Part shown: in pieces, positions 41,437 through 52,869 of the stretch
How the letters are laid out: every line of letters begins with the position of its first letter
Position numbering within the stretch: position 1 is the first letter of the stretch
Assembly: GCA_036785375.1 (NCBI GenBank)
Contig: JAWMAR010000134.1
Location: forward strand, 1,302,001 to 1,366,000
Direction of reading: 5' to 3'
Length of the DNA stretch: 64,000 nt
Source of the DNA: Leucoraja ocellata
Taxonomy: Eukaryota
Position numbers and translations under genes: made by a program
The notes under the pieces: model-generated
The model's input: only the letters and a program-made list of their open reading frames with translations
Told to the model about the DNA's origin: nothing
The model's database searches: none

Positions 41437-41656
41437 GTAGGCAAAAATGCTGGAGAAATTCAGAGGGTGAGGCAGCATCTATGGAGCGAAGGAAATAGGC
41501 AACGTTTCGGGTCGAGACCCTTCTTCAGTCTGAAGAAGGGTCTCGACCCGAAACGTTGCCTATTTCCTTCGCTCCATAGATGCTGCCTCACCCTCTGAGT
41601 TTCTCCAGCATAGTTGTCTACCTTCGATTTTCCAGCATCTGCAGTTCCTTCTTAAA
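41437..41656. mobile_element. Young palindromic Penelope-type terminal-repeat insertion with perfect 17-bp TSD
   Basis: TSD cactatataaatggtag at 41420-41436 and 41657-41673. ~92-bp inverted arms centred on 41529. Confidence 0.92.
41530..41560 (+). ncRNA. Minimal type I hammerhead-ribozyme-like core of a Penelope-type terminal repeat (mirror copy on the minus strand at 41498-41528)
   Basis: CTGAAGA, one extra A, stem II GGGT-CTCG-ACCC, GAAA, then palindromic ACGT helix III and GTT triplet. Helix I pairing is weak and activity is unproven. Confidence 0.6.
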
Positions 41657-41978
41657 CACTATATAAATGGTAGTATTTAATTCTGATTTGAAGTATAAAA
41701 CCAAATATACGAGTTAGCTCAATGCTGACAATACCTGGCACACTTGCCTCAATGAACAATTAAGTAATTTAAATGAATCAGCACTTCAATAGGACGTTTT
41801 CACAAAAGCAAATTCTCAACTTTTTGACAGCAAATATATTAGAGGCTAACAAATTAAATTTGGATTAATCTACCGACAAGCAGAATCGTTAATATTCAGT
41901 TACAGGTTGTCTAATTTATAAAATAAGATTATTAACAATTCCCAAAATAAAGGGGAATCCAGACATTATGGTTATTTT

Positions 41979-42112
41979 AGATATCTGAAGAAGGGCTTCG
42001 ACCCGAAAAGTCACCCATTCCTTCTCTCCAGAGATGCTGCCTTTCCCGCTGAGTTACTCCAGCTTTTTGCATCTATCTTCAGTTTAAACCAGCATCTGCA
42101 GTTCCTTCTTAC
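41979..42112 (+). mobile_element. Monomeric Penelope-type terminal-repeat insertion with perfect 16-bp TSD
   Basis: TSD acattatggttatttt at 41963-41978 and 42113-42128. Starts tctgaagaagggcttcgacccgaaa. Confidence 0.9.
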
Positions 42113-43343
42113 ACATTATGGTTATTTTGTTAGTTAGCGAATTGCACTGAGGCTTTCACAATAATCTGTAGTGCTCCCTATGGTTTTCTGCATTCTATCC
42201 ATAATTTACTAACACCGAAATTCTAATTAAACAAAAAACTGAACAGTTGCATTTTTAATATTTTCATATCTACAGAAAAAGTGCAGTATATTCAACATAC
42301 TGATGTTTCCCCACTAATTAATCCCAATGGATGAATTGCCAGTACTTGAAATGAACTGGTTAAAATCATGTTTAAATATAAAATACATCATCTGATTTAA
42401 TCGAACTAGGGTATCCAGTGTGGAATAAAAGGGATTTTATTGTTTTCTGGACTACATTTCAAAACTTTAACCACTGTACTTTTGACTTTTATAACAACAT
42501 GTTTAATATTTTTGCTTCCTGTCGAATTATTTTCCTCTGGAGTTTGCCAGAATCTCCGTTATGGATATAAGATAGGCGCTTTTGCTTCCAACTGCTCAAG
42601 TCAAGCTGCTTTTCCATGTTAATTCAACCCCATGCTCGGATGACCTGAACTCTCACTTTTGGTTTACAGTGAACAGTCTGCTGTAGTTCACACATGTACA
42701 TAGGAGATACTGTGCTGGGCATTCCATTATTATCTGCCTCACTGTGAACGCAGTCCAGAGGATAGATATGAGCCAGGAGTGCACTCTATGCTCTCTCATC
42801 AGAAATATATCTACTTTTAAAACACAGATCGGTCTGGGACTGACAGCTGTCTCAGCAAAAAGGTTTTTACACTCGAGTTGAGCCCACACACAAAGCCTAC
42901 TCAGGCCTGCCGGCTTAGTTTAATACACCCAATCTCTAGTACAGACTCTTTGAAGGACAGAGATTTAGGAACAGAAAGGGAATGGTTCACAACAAAGGAG
43001 GAAATCCCAAAGGATTCATTTGTCTCTAGAACTCATATCAGCAAGAAAGCTGATGTTCAAATATATCATCTTAATATGGTCTTTTTTTTTTTTAAACCTT
43101 GCTCTTCTTAATGCAAACATCAAAATATTAAATATTCGTGAGTCAAAAAACAAAGAAATTATTATTTAAAATATGCAGACTTCAACCAGATGCTTATCAG
43201 TTTTGATGGATGTATGCATTTCATACATCATACCATGCAAAAGAATCATATTTTGAGTCTGCCTGAAACTAATCCTTGTACCATTATTTTAAACTAGACA
43301 AAAAGAGAGAACAATATACCTTTAAATACAGAAAGTGACCTAC

Positions 43344-43572
43344 CATGATATTCTTGACCAGGCACATAATACCCTGGGTTTCCCGCAATATGAAGTGACA
43401 TCAACACCTCTCCCTGGTCGCCATCACCCTCCAGCTCTCCATGGTGGGTACAGAGGAAAAAGAATGGGGCAAACCTTGGGTAAAACCCCACAGAGCCACG
43501 GACACGATCTGACGAGAATATTCCAACCAGAAAGAACAAAGTCCAAATGTTAAAGCATCGTTTTTTATCCAT
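43344..43572 (-). CDS. RELN: Reelin, first coding exon (signal peptide and start of reeler domain)
   Basis: Translates [76 protein letters not shown], matching the vertebrate reelin N-terminus ([46 protein letters not shown]). Phase-1 donor G|GTAGGT at 43343. Confidence 0.97.
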
Positions 43573-43670
43573 ATCTTTATCCTCTTCGTACGCTGTTCTG
43601 CTAGAAACCCGGTTCTTGTGAGTGAGGGTTTTCTTTTGCTGTGGGAAAAAGATTACAAGTTTAATGTTAG
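43573..43670 (-). promoter_or_regulatory. RELN 5'UTR segment (43638-43573) preceded by a branch point and 3' splice site
   Basis: CTAAC at 43670-43666, then tctttttcccacAG ending at 43639, 66 nt before the ATG. Confidence 0.55.
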
Positions 43671-46600
43671 AGAGCTTCTGTTGGGAAAGTCATAAGCCAG
43701 AAACTGTAGGAACTGCCAGCTGTCAGCTGTTTCTACTGCATTCTAATACACCAGCTTCATAAGCTGCAATACAGCTTTCACACACGTCTTTCTCAGAGCA
43801 TATTCCATTCCACTTTCCAGCTCCCTCCCACGTGCCTCAAGGCGTGTCTTTTATTGTTAACTTTGTTTTAAGGCGACAAACGTCTTCCCTCCAGTCAGAA
43901 CACCGACTAAAACTGGGAACTGATCAGGCATAAAATGCAGTGACTAGAAATAATTTATTTCCCCTGCTGTTTTTACTGGAGTGCTGAAAAACTCCACCTT
44001 CTCAGATTAGCATCAGACAGAACCATTCCTCACTCATTCTTGCTGTCCAAAACTGCAATCTCTCATTTAAGCCTTGTCTTGTTATTAATCAAATAACGAA
44101 ATCTACGCATCGAACATTGTGTTCATTCTATGGCATACACTGCAAAGTAATTTAAATGCTGTTTCAGTTCTGAAGTGCTCACCACAAAAGACCTTACTCA
44201 ACATAATTAATGGTTTAATTTTACCTTTGGAAAAAAAATCTGCAGTGACATATATCTGCTTTTGTCAAAAACCTCAATTGCCTAGATTTTACACTGGTTT
44301 TGCAGTGCTTAATCTGTGGTACTAAGTCTGGACATTTAATCAATATTGCTAACTTCCTTTTTTATTAGGACCACCAGCCCCCTTACATTAAACATTAAAA
44401 TGGTAAAAATAATATAATGAAAATATTAATTTTAACTTCCTTCCTGAACCATTATTATTTAACATTCTAGTCATTCCAGTTGTTTCATTACCTATAGAGA
44501 TCTTGGATGAAAGTTGTTTCTTCTGTCCCAGCATCAGTTAATCAAAGCGACTCGTGAACACCAGATATTAGAAGCGGCATTCTCTGTTGATTTAATATCT
44601 TGGAATAACGAGATCATTCACGAAATATCCATGCCGACTTTTCCACTGGATCACAACATGATTTTATTTTTAAATCACTGGCGAGTTCCTGATACTAATA
44701 TCAAATATTCAAAACTGAGTTTAGCACAAATACTTAGAAATGAAAGATTAGATTTTCATAATTTGCGTGGCTACAATCAGTTGACAAATGGATTTTAGTT
44801 TCAGCTAATATATTCTATATATTTGTGTGGGTTGTGGAAAAGTAACTGGTGTCAATTATTAATAACATGTCAACAGAACTTTAACCTGAGAGTAAATAAG
44901 TCTGTCCAAGTACCAGTGGACATTTCAGTCAATTTTTGACCAAAGCAGAATTACGCATATTAAAAAATATCTGAGAGCTTGGATATTAAGTTCAAAACTA
45001 GATTAGGCTTGACAGATAGTTGCTGCATGCAAGGTCACAAACTGACCTTTTTTCCCCCTGTGGGATTTAAGTGCCTACAATTTTTGAAATCACATTTTTT
45101 TTTAAAGAACACCCAACAAACAAAAATGTTATTTGTGCATTCTCCAGTGCAAATCATTACAGGAGGGCTTTGTTAAATATTTGTATCTGATTGGATCTAA
45201 TTAGAGATGTCATTAGATTAATGGATACTTTGTGTAAAAACACGCACATTTAAATGCCTAATAAAATTGTTTATTTATGTTTGCTCTGTTATTGTGTTCA
45301 AAGTATGAATTCTAGGGCTACATTTTGCATATCTGTAGAAGTTGAAATTCTTGTAAACACAGCACAAAGTCTAAATCCACTTGCAACTTTAACTCAACTA
45401 CTGGGAAACAAAAAAAAAAATCAACTAACCTGTAATGTTTGCTGGAGGACTGCCTGACAGAAAAATTGGACTTGCAAGAATCTTCATGCAAGCATTATTC
45501 TCAATGAGGGCGACAAAATGTATAAAGATTTTGATTCCACAGAAATAATTTTACAAGCAGAACACCAAGAATAACAAAAGAGTCCGTCTATAAACCAGGT
45601 TTTGTTCAGGTATAACATAGGCAAAGATTTAAAAGTTCTAAAATAAACAGCAAAAAAATATTACAGACAACTGAAGATTAACAGTCGTCATGTAATAGTT
45701 ATGATTTAGTATTTGAAAACTAAACAGTTCACAACCTTTGCTTTCTGAAGTTCAAGTGACAGACAGCTTCATCAAAAAAGCTCAAAACAAAGAGAAAATT
45801 TGCCATTTGACCTGAAGAAAACTGATACCTCTGACTCAGTCAAATTAGTTATTATATGGGATTTTAAAAAGTGCTTCCAAAATGTTGTAGATTATAGAAA
45901 CTTAAAAAATGTTTTGATATTGCTAGGTCAAGTTGATGCAGATATCTTAAATATGTTGTAGCATAGTTATTAGCGCACAGTTTCAAAAGACCTATAGAAT
46001 TTTAAATACAAGGAAACTTGTAAATATTATGTACATTCCTTGGGAAATTTTCCAACACATTCGATAATTGAATCTTTCACTTTGCAAATAGCCAAAAACT
46101 CAAGTAAAATAGAAACATCTTACATTTCTTGCTCTTCTTTGGGGTAACTTAATATACAAAATAAGAAACGCATTATCCTTCATCTTAAACCAAGTATTTA
46201 GTTTAATTAAAACTAGATTTAATAGATGTCAATAACTCGCTACATTTGAAATCCTGAACTCTGCAGCACTTACTGTAGAACTGTCCAGTTGGAAATTTGC
46301 TTGTACTTTATTATGGACCAACATTTATAGGTCGCAAACAATAAAGGTCAATTCACCTCCTAGTAGCACTAATTGGCTTACAGCTGGATATGCATATGGA
46401 CTCTTTTAGTGTTTAATTTACAAAAGCAACTTTAACAATTTTCGTTTCTGCATTTGCCAGTGTCAATAACTTATTTTTGCCAATCCTCCGAGGAAGGTAC
46501 TTTCCAAAGCAAATACATGACCTCTCCAGTTTATGGATGGTCAACTTATCCAGAGCCGTACATATGAAGGAGTGTTTGGGAGACCAGCAGCGCGGATTTG

Positions 46601-47965
46601 CCAGCTGTTGCTGGGATGAAGGCAACTTTTGCCTGGTGGGAAAGCGGTACGTGGCTGCATTTCCCACTTGCGAACTGTTCAGGTTACGAACAGTTCTCGG
46701 GAACAGAACCCTGCTGTTCCCTTGGAAGGACCTGGAGAAGATGAAGAAAGTGAAATAAAACATTATATATATTTTTATTTTCCTTTTATCGTCCAATTTA
46801 ACTTTTTTTGCCCAACTCTAGTCATCTGACACAACTACGAGACTATGTGGTAACAATACCAAAAATATGGAAACGTTCATGGTACAATTAGAAATTGTGG
46901 TTCAAAAATTATACATTTCTGGGAAAAAATATGGATTAAATTCTATATTACTTGTACTGTATTTGTCACAGCAACAAAGACATTTAAAGAGAAAATGTGG
47001 CATTTTTTCAACAATTTTCCAAACAAGACACCTTCGGGTCACTTATTTGTTTGCATTTCTTTGCATTCTCATTTGCCAAATGTATGAGACAAACATGGGA
47101 AATAAATTCAATGTGGAGAATTAAGTGTAGAATTAAATGCACTTTTCTTTATGCATTGTATAAAGCACAATAGTTATGGCTGGAAAAAAATCCCACGTTG
47201 AACAATACACCAATGAATGGTATAAATTATGTTAGTAGCAAGATATAGGTTGATATCATAGTTACTTTGAAGTATGTTAACATAAGAAAATGAAGTAGAA
47301 TTCCAGCATAGAGAGCATTACAGCGTCTGTCAGGCCACACTGCAGTTAAATTCCTGCACGCTGATAAGTGCTTGCCTGTTGCATTCGCAATCAATATGGC
47401 ACAAACTGTTCTGTTGATAGCCAGAACACAGGGAAACCTCAGCCAACAGAGATGAAATGTCTGTTGTTATTAGTTATGTGAAACTAAACTATGGTGCTTC
47501 ATGATGGGTGTTCACCATGATGACCCCTGCGAGCATGCATCGTTTCAAATTCCTTGTCAGCAGTAGTACCAGCTGCAATGCATGAATTGGCTTAAAAAAC
47601 AAGTTATTGCCTTGGAGGCCATTCAAGATGTTTAATATAATAGCAGGAATATCCTATCATGTGCAGTATAATATTTCAAGCTGCTGCAAATGATGATATA
47701 TTAGCATTTATATATTAACTATGACACAAAATATGGTCAGTCATATTCACAAAATAAATGGTTTTACGTTTTACCATCACGATGAATGCAAATTAATCAG
47801 CAGCAACTGACTAGGACAATAAGAGAATTCCTATAGGATATTCAACGTATTTGAATGAGCGAAATACTAACTTACTGTGTCAAAGACGAAAAAACATTTG
47901 GTTATGTTAACGCTTCAAACAATGAATAAAATGAAAATCTAGAGGACACAATTATGACAGTAATA

Positions 47966-47975
47966 TTTATTTATT
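47966..47975 (-). terminator. Candidate ORC5 polyadenylation signal (overlapping AATAAA hexamers)
   Basis: tttatttatt on the plus strand reads AATAAATAAA on the minus strand, ~490 nt after the ORC5 stop. Confidence 0.5.
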
Positions 47976-48463
47976 TTTGTCAAGAAAATAGAAGTAATTT
48001 GCTCTCAGCATGAACAACAATGACAAACTCTCCCAGGAGTAGGGTGTGTATAATTTACAGGAGACAACTAAAAATGAAAGATTAGCCACAAATAAATGTG
48101 TACACGATTCCAAGGAAAGAACAACATGGAGGAAAAATAATTGCAAGTAAATACATTTCTGACAGCTTTTGTGCTAAAATGATGTTATTAGATTGGAACA
48201 GATTGTGTTGAGTTCCTGCTGTCAATAATTAACACATCGTTCCAAAACACTGACGAGTTCGTGGTAAATAGTTCAATCTAAATATCCATTCTGACCAATC
48301 AAGATATTTTCATCAGATCTCACACTGTGCCAGCACCTGCTTGGACAAATCCAATAGAGCCAAAATGCCTCTGTCACTTATCAGTGGAGTAGATAGATCA
48401 GTATGAATTGGTGTAAAAACATTGATCATTGCTCACAGTATCCATATGGTCGTGCATCTGGTC

Positions 48464-48509
48464 TCATAAGAAATCATATAAGTACCTGACTATATCAAAA
48501 TTTACAGTC
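48464..48509 (-). CDS. ORC5: ORC5 last coding exon (46 nt to TGA)
   Basis: Long polypyrimidine tract plus tAG (48511-48510). Reads (R)TVNFDIVRYLYDFL*, matching the ORC5 C-terminus RTVNFDIIKYLYDFL. Phase 2 matches the previous exon. Confidence 0.95.
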
Positions 48510-49198
48510 CTAGAAAGAAAGAAAAAAAGAAATGATTATTAAATTCATAATTTCACACGATTTATCTTGTAAATTCTGCACTGATTACAATAATTAAAAC
48601 ATGCCAGCATTAAAAATCTCAAATTGTGCATAATTATTACTTATAGTTGATCTATGTTTTAGCTATACGGTCATCTTCATCCATAGTCTTCATGTAACAC
48701 TCAGAATGTTATTTATTCAAATGATCAATTCAGAACAACACCCTTAAATCAAAGCACCTCAGTAATATTCCACAGCTCCTGCACAGAGGGAGCTTCAGAA
48801 ATTGTATGCTTGCCGACATTCTGGCTAAGCATGGGATCAGTGTTCCGAGGGGAGGGATCATTAAAGGAATAATGTTGGGGGAGAGGGCTAGAGAGAAAAT
48901 GCATTGAAAGAAGAAGAGGCAGCAAATGTCCTTGTAGGGAGTCCTGAGATGAATTTGTGGATGCAAAGTATAAGCTGCCCTAGGCAACACTGCTTCACAA
49001 CTTCTATATTCTGATAAAACGCATGACTATGTTAAATATGGTTAGAACTCACTTCAATGTCTATGCCAATTATGTCTTCCTCTGCCTGACCACAAAGTTT
49101 TAAAATTTTGATTCAAGAATATCTGCAAAAGATACTTAACAATTTAGCTCTGATTCTCCATCAATAAAACAGCAAGATTTTAAACACCTGGAATTTCG

Positions 49199-49440
49199 CC
49201 CCCCCCCCCCCCCCCCCCCCCCCCGACAATGGGAGAACAGAGGGGGAAGACTGAATGTTGGAGCACTTCCCTCACAGTGGGAAACTTTGATCCCGCTGTG
49301 CAAGGATGTCTGTGTTTAAAAACTATCGTGTTCTGTGTTCTTTATTATTCGTATGGCTGTATGGCGACCACACATTTCACTGTACCAATTGGTACATGTG
49401 ACAAATAAATGTATCTTGATCTTGAGCTTGATCTTGAATT
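49199..49440 (+). mobile_element. Truncated CpG-rich-family retroelement 3' end preceded by a C26 homopolymer
   Basis: atttcactgtaccaattggtacatgtgacaaataaa plus (cttgat)n tail, as at 60715-60760. Confidence 0.7.
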
Positions 49441-50464
49441 GATTTCCAGGGTGCTGCATCCAGAACGTCCAACTACTCAGTGAAAGGTATTTTCACATTT
49501 GTCCATTTTATTTAGCAAATACTCAAGATACTGATAATATAGTCTTCTGCCTTGAACATCTCTTAAAGTAGATGACGACAGTCATTTCAAAGTAGTTTTC
49601 AAAATTTGTGTTACTGTACACATTCCATTCATCACGACCCTTTTCTTTCAACTTCCAATTGAGAAAATGCTCACCCACTTTCTGATGACTAATCGAAGTA
49701 TAGGAATAATATTTATAAACATTTTCTTCTATGTTATTGGTCTAATAAAGAACAATCGTGGAATAGGGCAAAAATTGGCCAAACATTGAAATTACCATTA
49801 TTGAGCATTATTCAAATGAGATTAAATAAATGTTTGTAACAATTGATTATATTACTTTAAAATAAAATGTAAATGTATGCTTCTGCTTCACACAAAGGCT
49901 TAATATCAACCAAAACACACAAGTTGGAAATTCTATTACAAGAGTAAAATGAACCATATTTCTCTTTTCTAATATGACACAACATGAAATTTAGTTTCAC
50001 CCTTCAAGCCATGACCACCTAATTAGACTTAGTATTAATAACATTACAGGAAATTTGAAAAAGTCCATAATTGGGCATTATGTAAATACAATTTGCATTC
50101 CATCAGTTTACAAGATAAGTCCAAGTAAATATTTATATGTTCTCTCGAGGCAGGTTTGTGCCAGGTATCAGTCAACAGCTTCTGACATTAGCACTTTAAA
50201 TCTTTCACAGCCATGGAAGCATTAGGAATGCCAATGTTAATGGAACAGACTGAACAATCAATTGTCACTGAAAGGGATCGGCCATTTGTTGTCTTGGACC
50301 ACAGACTTTCTATGGACTCTACTCTGAAGCCTGTGGTGATTATATATGGGATGAACACTTCTACAGGGGTTCTGGGACACGCAAGAACAGAGTGATAACT
50401 GCCTTACTATCAGACTGGAAAAATCTGTTACTGAGCAATTCTGATTATGAACCAGGAAGTGGCG

Positions 50465-51530
50465 CAAACTGCTGGAGTAACACAACGGGTCAGGCAGCAT
50501 CTCTGGTGAACATGGATAGATGACGTTTCAGGTCGGGGCCCTTCTTCAGCATGAGTAATACTTCAATGGATAGAATTTCAAGTGCTAATGTCAGAATTCA
50601 GTAACAGATGTATATAGGTGAGTGGGGTTTTAAGAGGCAGATGGTTGGACAAAAACGAGAAATGAAAAGACAGAAGGTGTGGGACAAAAGGATTGAGGAG
50701 TTGCAAATTGTGAAGCTAGAGGAAGGAATGCAAGTGAGAGGGGAGAAATATAACCATGTCTAGGTGAGACATGGGGAGATGGGGAGGCGGAGAAAGAAGA
50801 GGAAGGAATTTGTTAGTTACCCTAAATTGGAGAATTCAATGTTCATACTGAAGATAGACACAAAATGCTGGAGTAACTCAGCGGAACAGGCAGAATCTCT
50901 GGAGAAAAGGAATGGATGACGTTTTGGATCGAGAACCTTCTTCATCAACATTCGTACCATAGTGTTGTAAGCTACACCCAAGTGGAATACAAGACGCTGT
51001 TCCTCCAGTTTGCATGTGGCCCTCTGGCAAAGGAGGCGGCCCAGGACAGAAGGTCAGTATGGGAATGGGAAGGGGAGTTGAATGGTTAACAAATGGAGAT
51101 CCAGGAGGTGTTCGGCATAACTGTCACCCAGTCTATGCTTAGTCTCGCTAATGTACAGGATGTCACATCAAGAACACCAGATACAGTAAATGAGGTTAGA
51201 GGAGGTGCACATGAACCTTCGTCTCACCCAGAAGCACTGCTGGGCAAGAGAGATATAGAGATAGATGTTACATCTGCTGCGGTTGCAGTGGAAAGTACCT
51301 GGGGAAGGGGTGGTTTGAGTGGGAATGAATGAGTGAACGAAGGTGTTGTGGAGGGAATGGTCTTTGAAGAAGGTGGAAAGAGATGGGGATGGGAAGATGT
51401 GACTCGTTAAGAGTCTAGTTAATGTCACATTAGAGGTGATTGAAATGTCGGAGAATGATATGCTGGAAGAGGCTGATGTGGTGAAAGGCGAGCACCAGGG
51501 GAACTCTATCCATGTTCCATTTTGGGGGAA
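50465..51530 (-). mobile_element. Penelope-like element 3' part, with an extra terminal-repeat copy nested at ~50849-50945
   Basis: The ORF reads CNRSRCN...RRFMCTSSNLIYCIWCS (GIY-YIG region). HHR-type core gctgaagaagggccccgacctgaaacgtc on the minus strand at 50550-50522. Confidence 0.85.
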
Positions 51531-51849
51531 GGAGAGCTCGAAACATACCCACCTACATATTGCATATAATGCTGACATTGCATATAATGCTGACAGATAT
51601 CAGAAATGACTTCAAAACCGTAGACACAAGGTATCAAAGTATAGCATCACCTCCTACTTTAGCATGCAATGTGCTCAGCATAAGCAGAAATCTTACTGGG
51701 AGCATCAAATATATATTTTTAATATGTTCCAAAATGCCACGTGCAGTTTTTGTTATGTATTTATTACAAAATCGTTTGTGAGTTTAAGTCAAACAGCTAC
51801 ATGCGTACAATCTTTAAACCCAATATTCATGCATGCCCAAAAACTCCCA

Positions 51850-52640
51850 CACCTCTCTTGATCATACCTCCTCCCCTCCCTGAATCTTCAACGAAGCAAT
51901 CACTCCATGATCCACTGATTCTCTCTTTCATCTCCACCAACAGCCAGCGCTCATCACAACAGCATCTTCCCATACATCAGCGAAATATGTAACACATGAC
52001 CTTTTTCCCTTTCCTTTTTCATCATCCAGGGACCCAACACATTACTTCCAAGTGGCACAGTAATTTACATGTACATCTTCCAATTCAGTGACTACATTTA
52101 GAGCTTACAATGCGGTGTCCTCTACACTGGAGAAATCAAAAGCAGATTGTGTGACTATTTTGCTGAACACCTCTATTCCACGTGCAGGCGTGATCTTGTT
52201 TCCAGTTGCCCATCACTTTAATTCTCCAAACCATTTCTGTTCTGATCTCTCACACTGTTCCTACGAAGTCTAAAGTAATCTCAAGAAACAGCAGTACTTC
52301 TTCGTGTCAGTTTTCCAGGCTGACGATTTCATTCTAATTAAATGGTGATCAAAGTAAATGATGAGGCCAAAGTGTGAACCACAAACTCTTTGTCAGATGC
52401 AGCAGCAGATGCCTGATGGGGTGGGTGGGCGTACAGCTGGTCTCTTCATTCAGCTGTATGTTCTTGATGATCAGTCTTGAGATTCTCCCTATCGCCCAAT
52501 ATCAGATATTCATTTTGTTCTCTACATTTCTCGCTCTTCTCTGCAACTAGGTTTCTAACTTATCTTTTTCCTCATGAAAAGTAATTGGCCTGAAATATTA
52601 GCTATTCTCCTCTCCACAGATGTTATCTAACCCGATTAGT
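51850..52640 (+). mobile_element. Old Penelope-like element fragment
   Basis: tttacatgtacatcttccaat...ctctacactggagaa (FTCTSSN...LYTGE), PVAHHFNSP, decayed terminal repeat at 52570-52640. Confidence 0.7.
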
Positions 52641-52756
52641 ATCTCCAGCATTCTATGCTTCTAAAGCCGTTATACACTATTGTATCTTGTCTAGACATGA
52701 TCCATAGCTTTCTTTTAAATCTTTATGCTTCAGCAATGGAAAACAACATTGCATAC

Positions 52757-52869
52757 CTGGCAATTGCTCTGATGAAATCAAGACTTGCTGTGCATTTATA
52801 CTTGGGCCCATCCAGCTGATCATCATGGCCAACTTGGGTCAATAGTTGAAGTGCCACCAGGGTAGTGAT
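52757..52869 (-). CDS. ORC5: Origin recognition complex subunit 5, penultimate coding exon (113 nt)
   Basis: Acceptor gcaccttcAG. Reads [37 protein letters not shown](R), matching ORC5 [38 protein letters not shown]. Donor AG|GTATGC. Not in the ORF track; translated by hand. Confidence 0.96.

Noticed and set aside
48250-48275. CTGACGAG hammerhead-like motif in the ORC5 3'UTR
   Set aside because: No stem II followed by GAAA downstream, so a chance match.
51559-51594. 18-bp tandem duplication (also a 12-bp one near 53651)
   Set aside because: Ordinary slippage-scale duplications.
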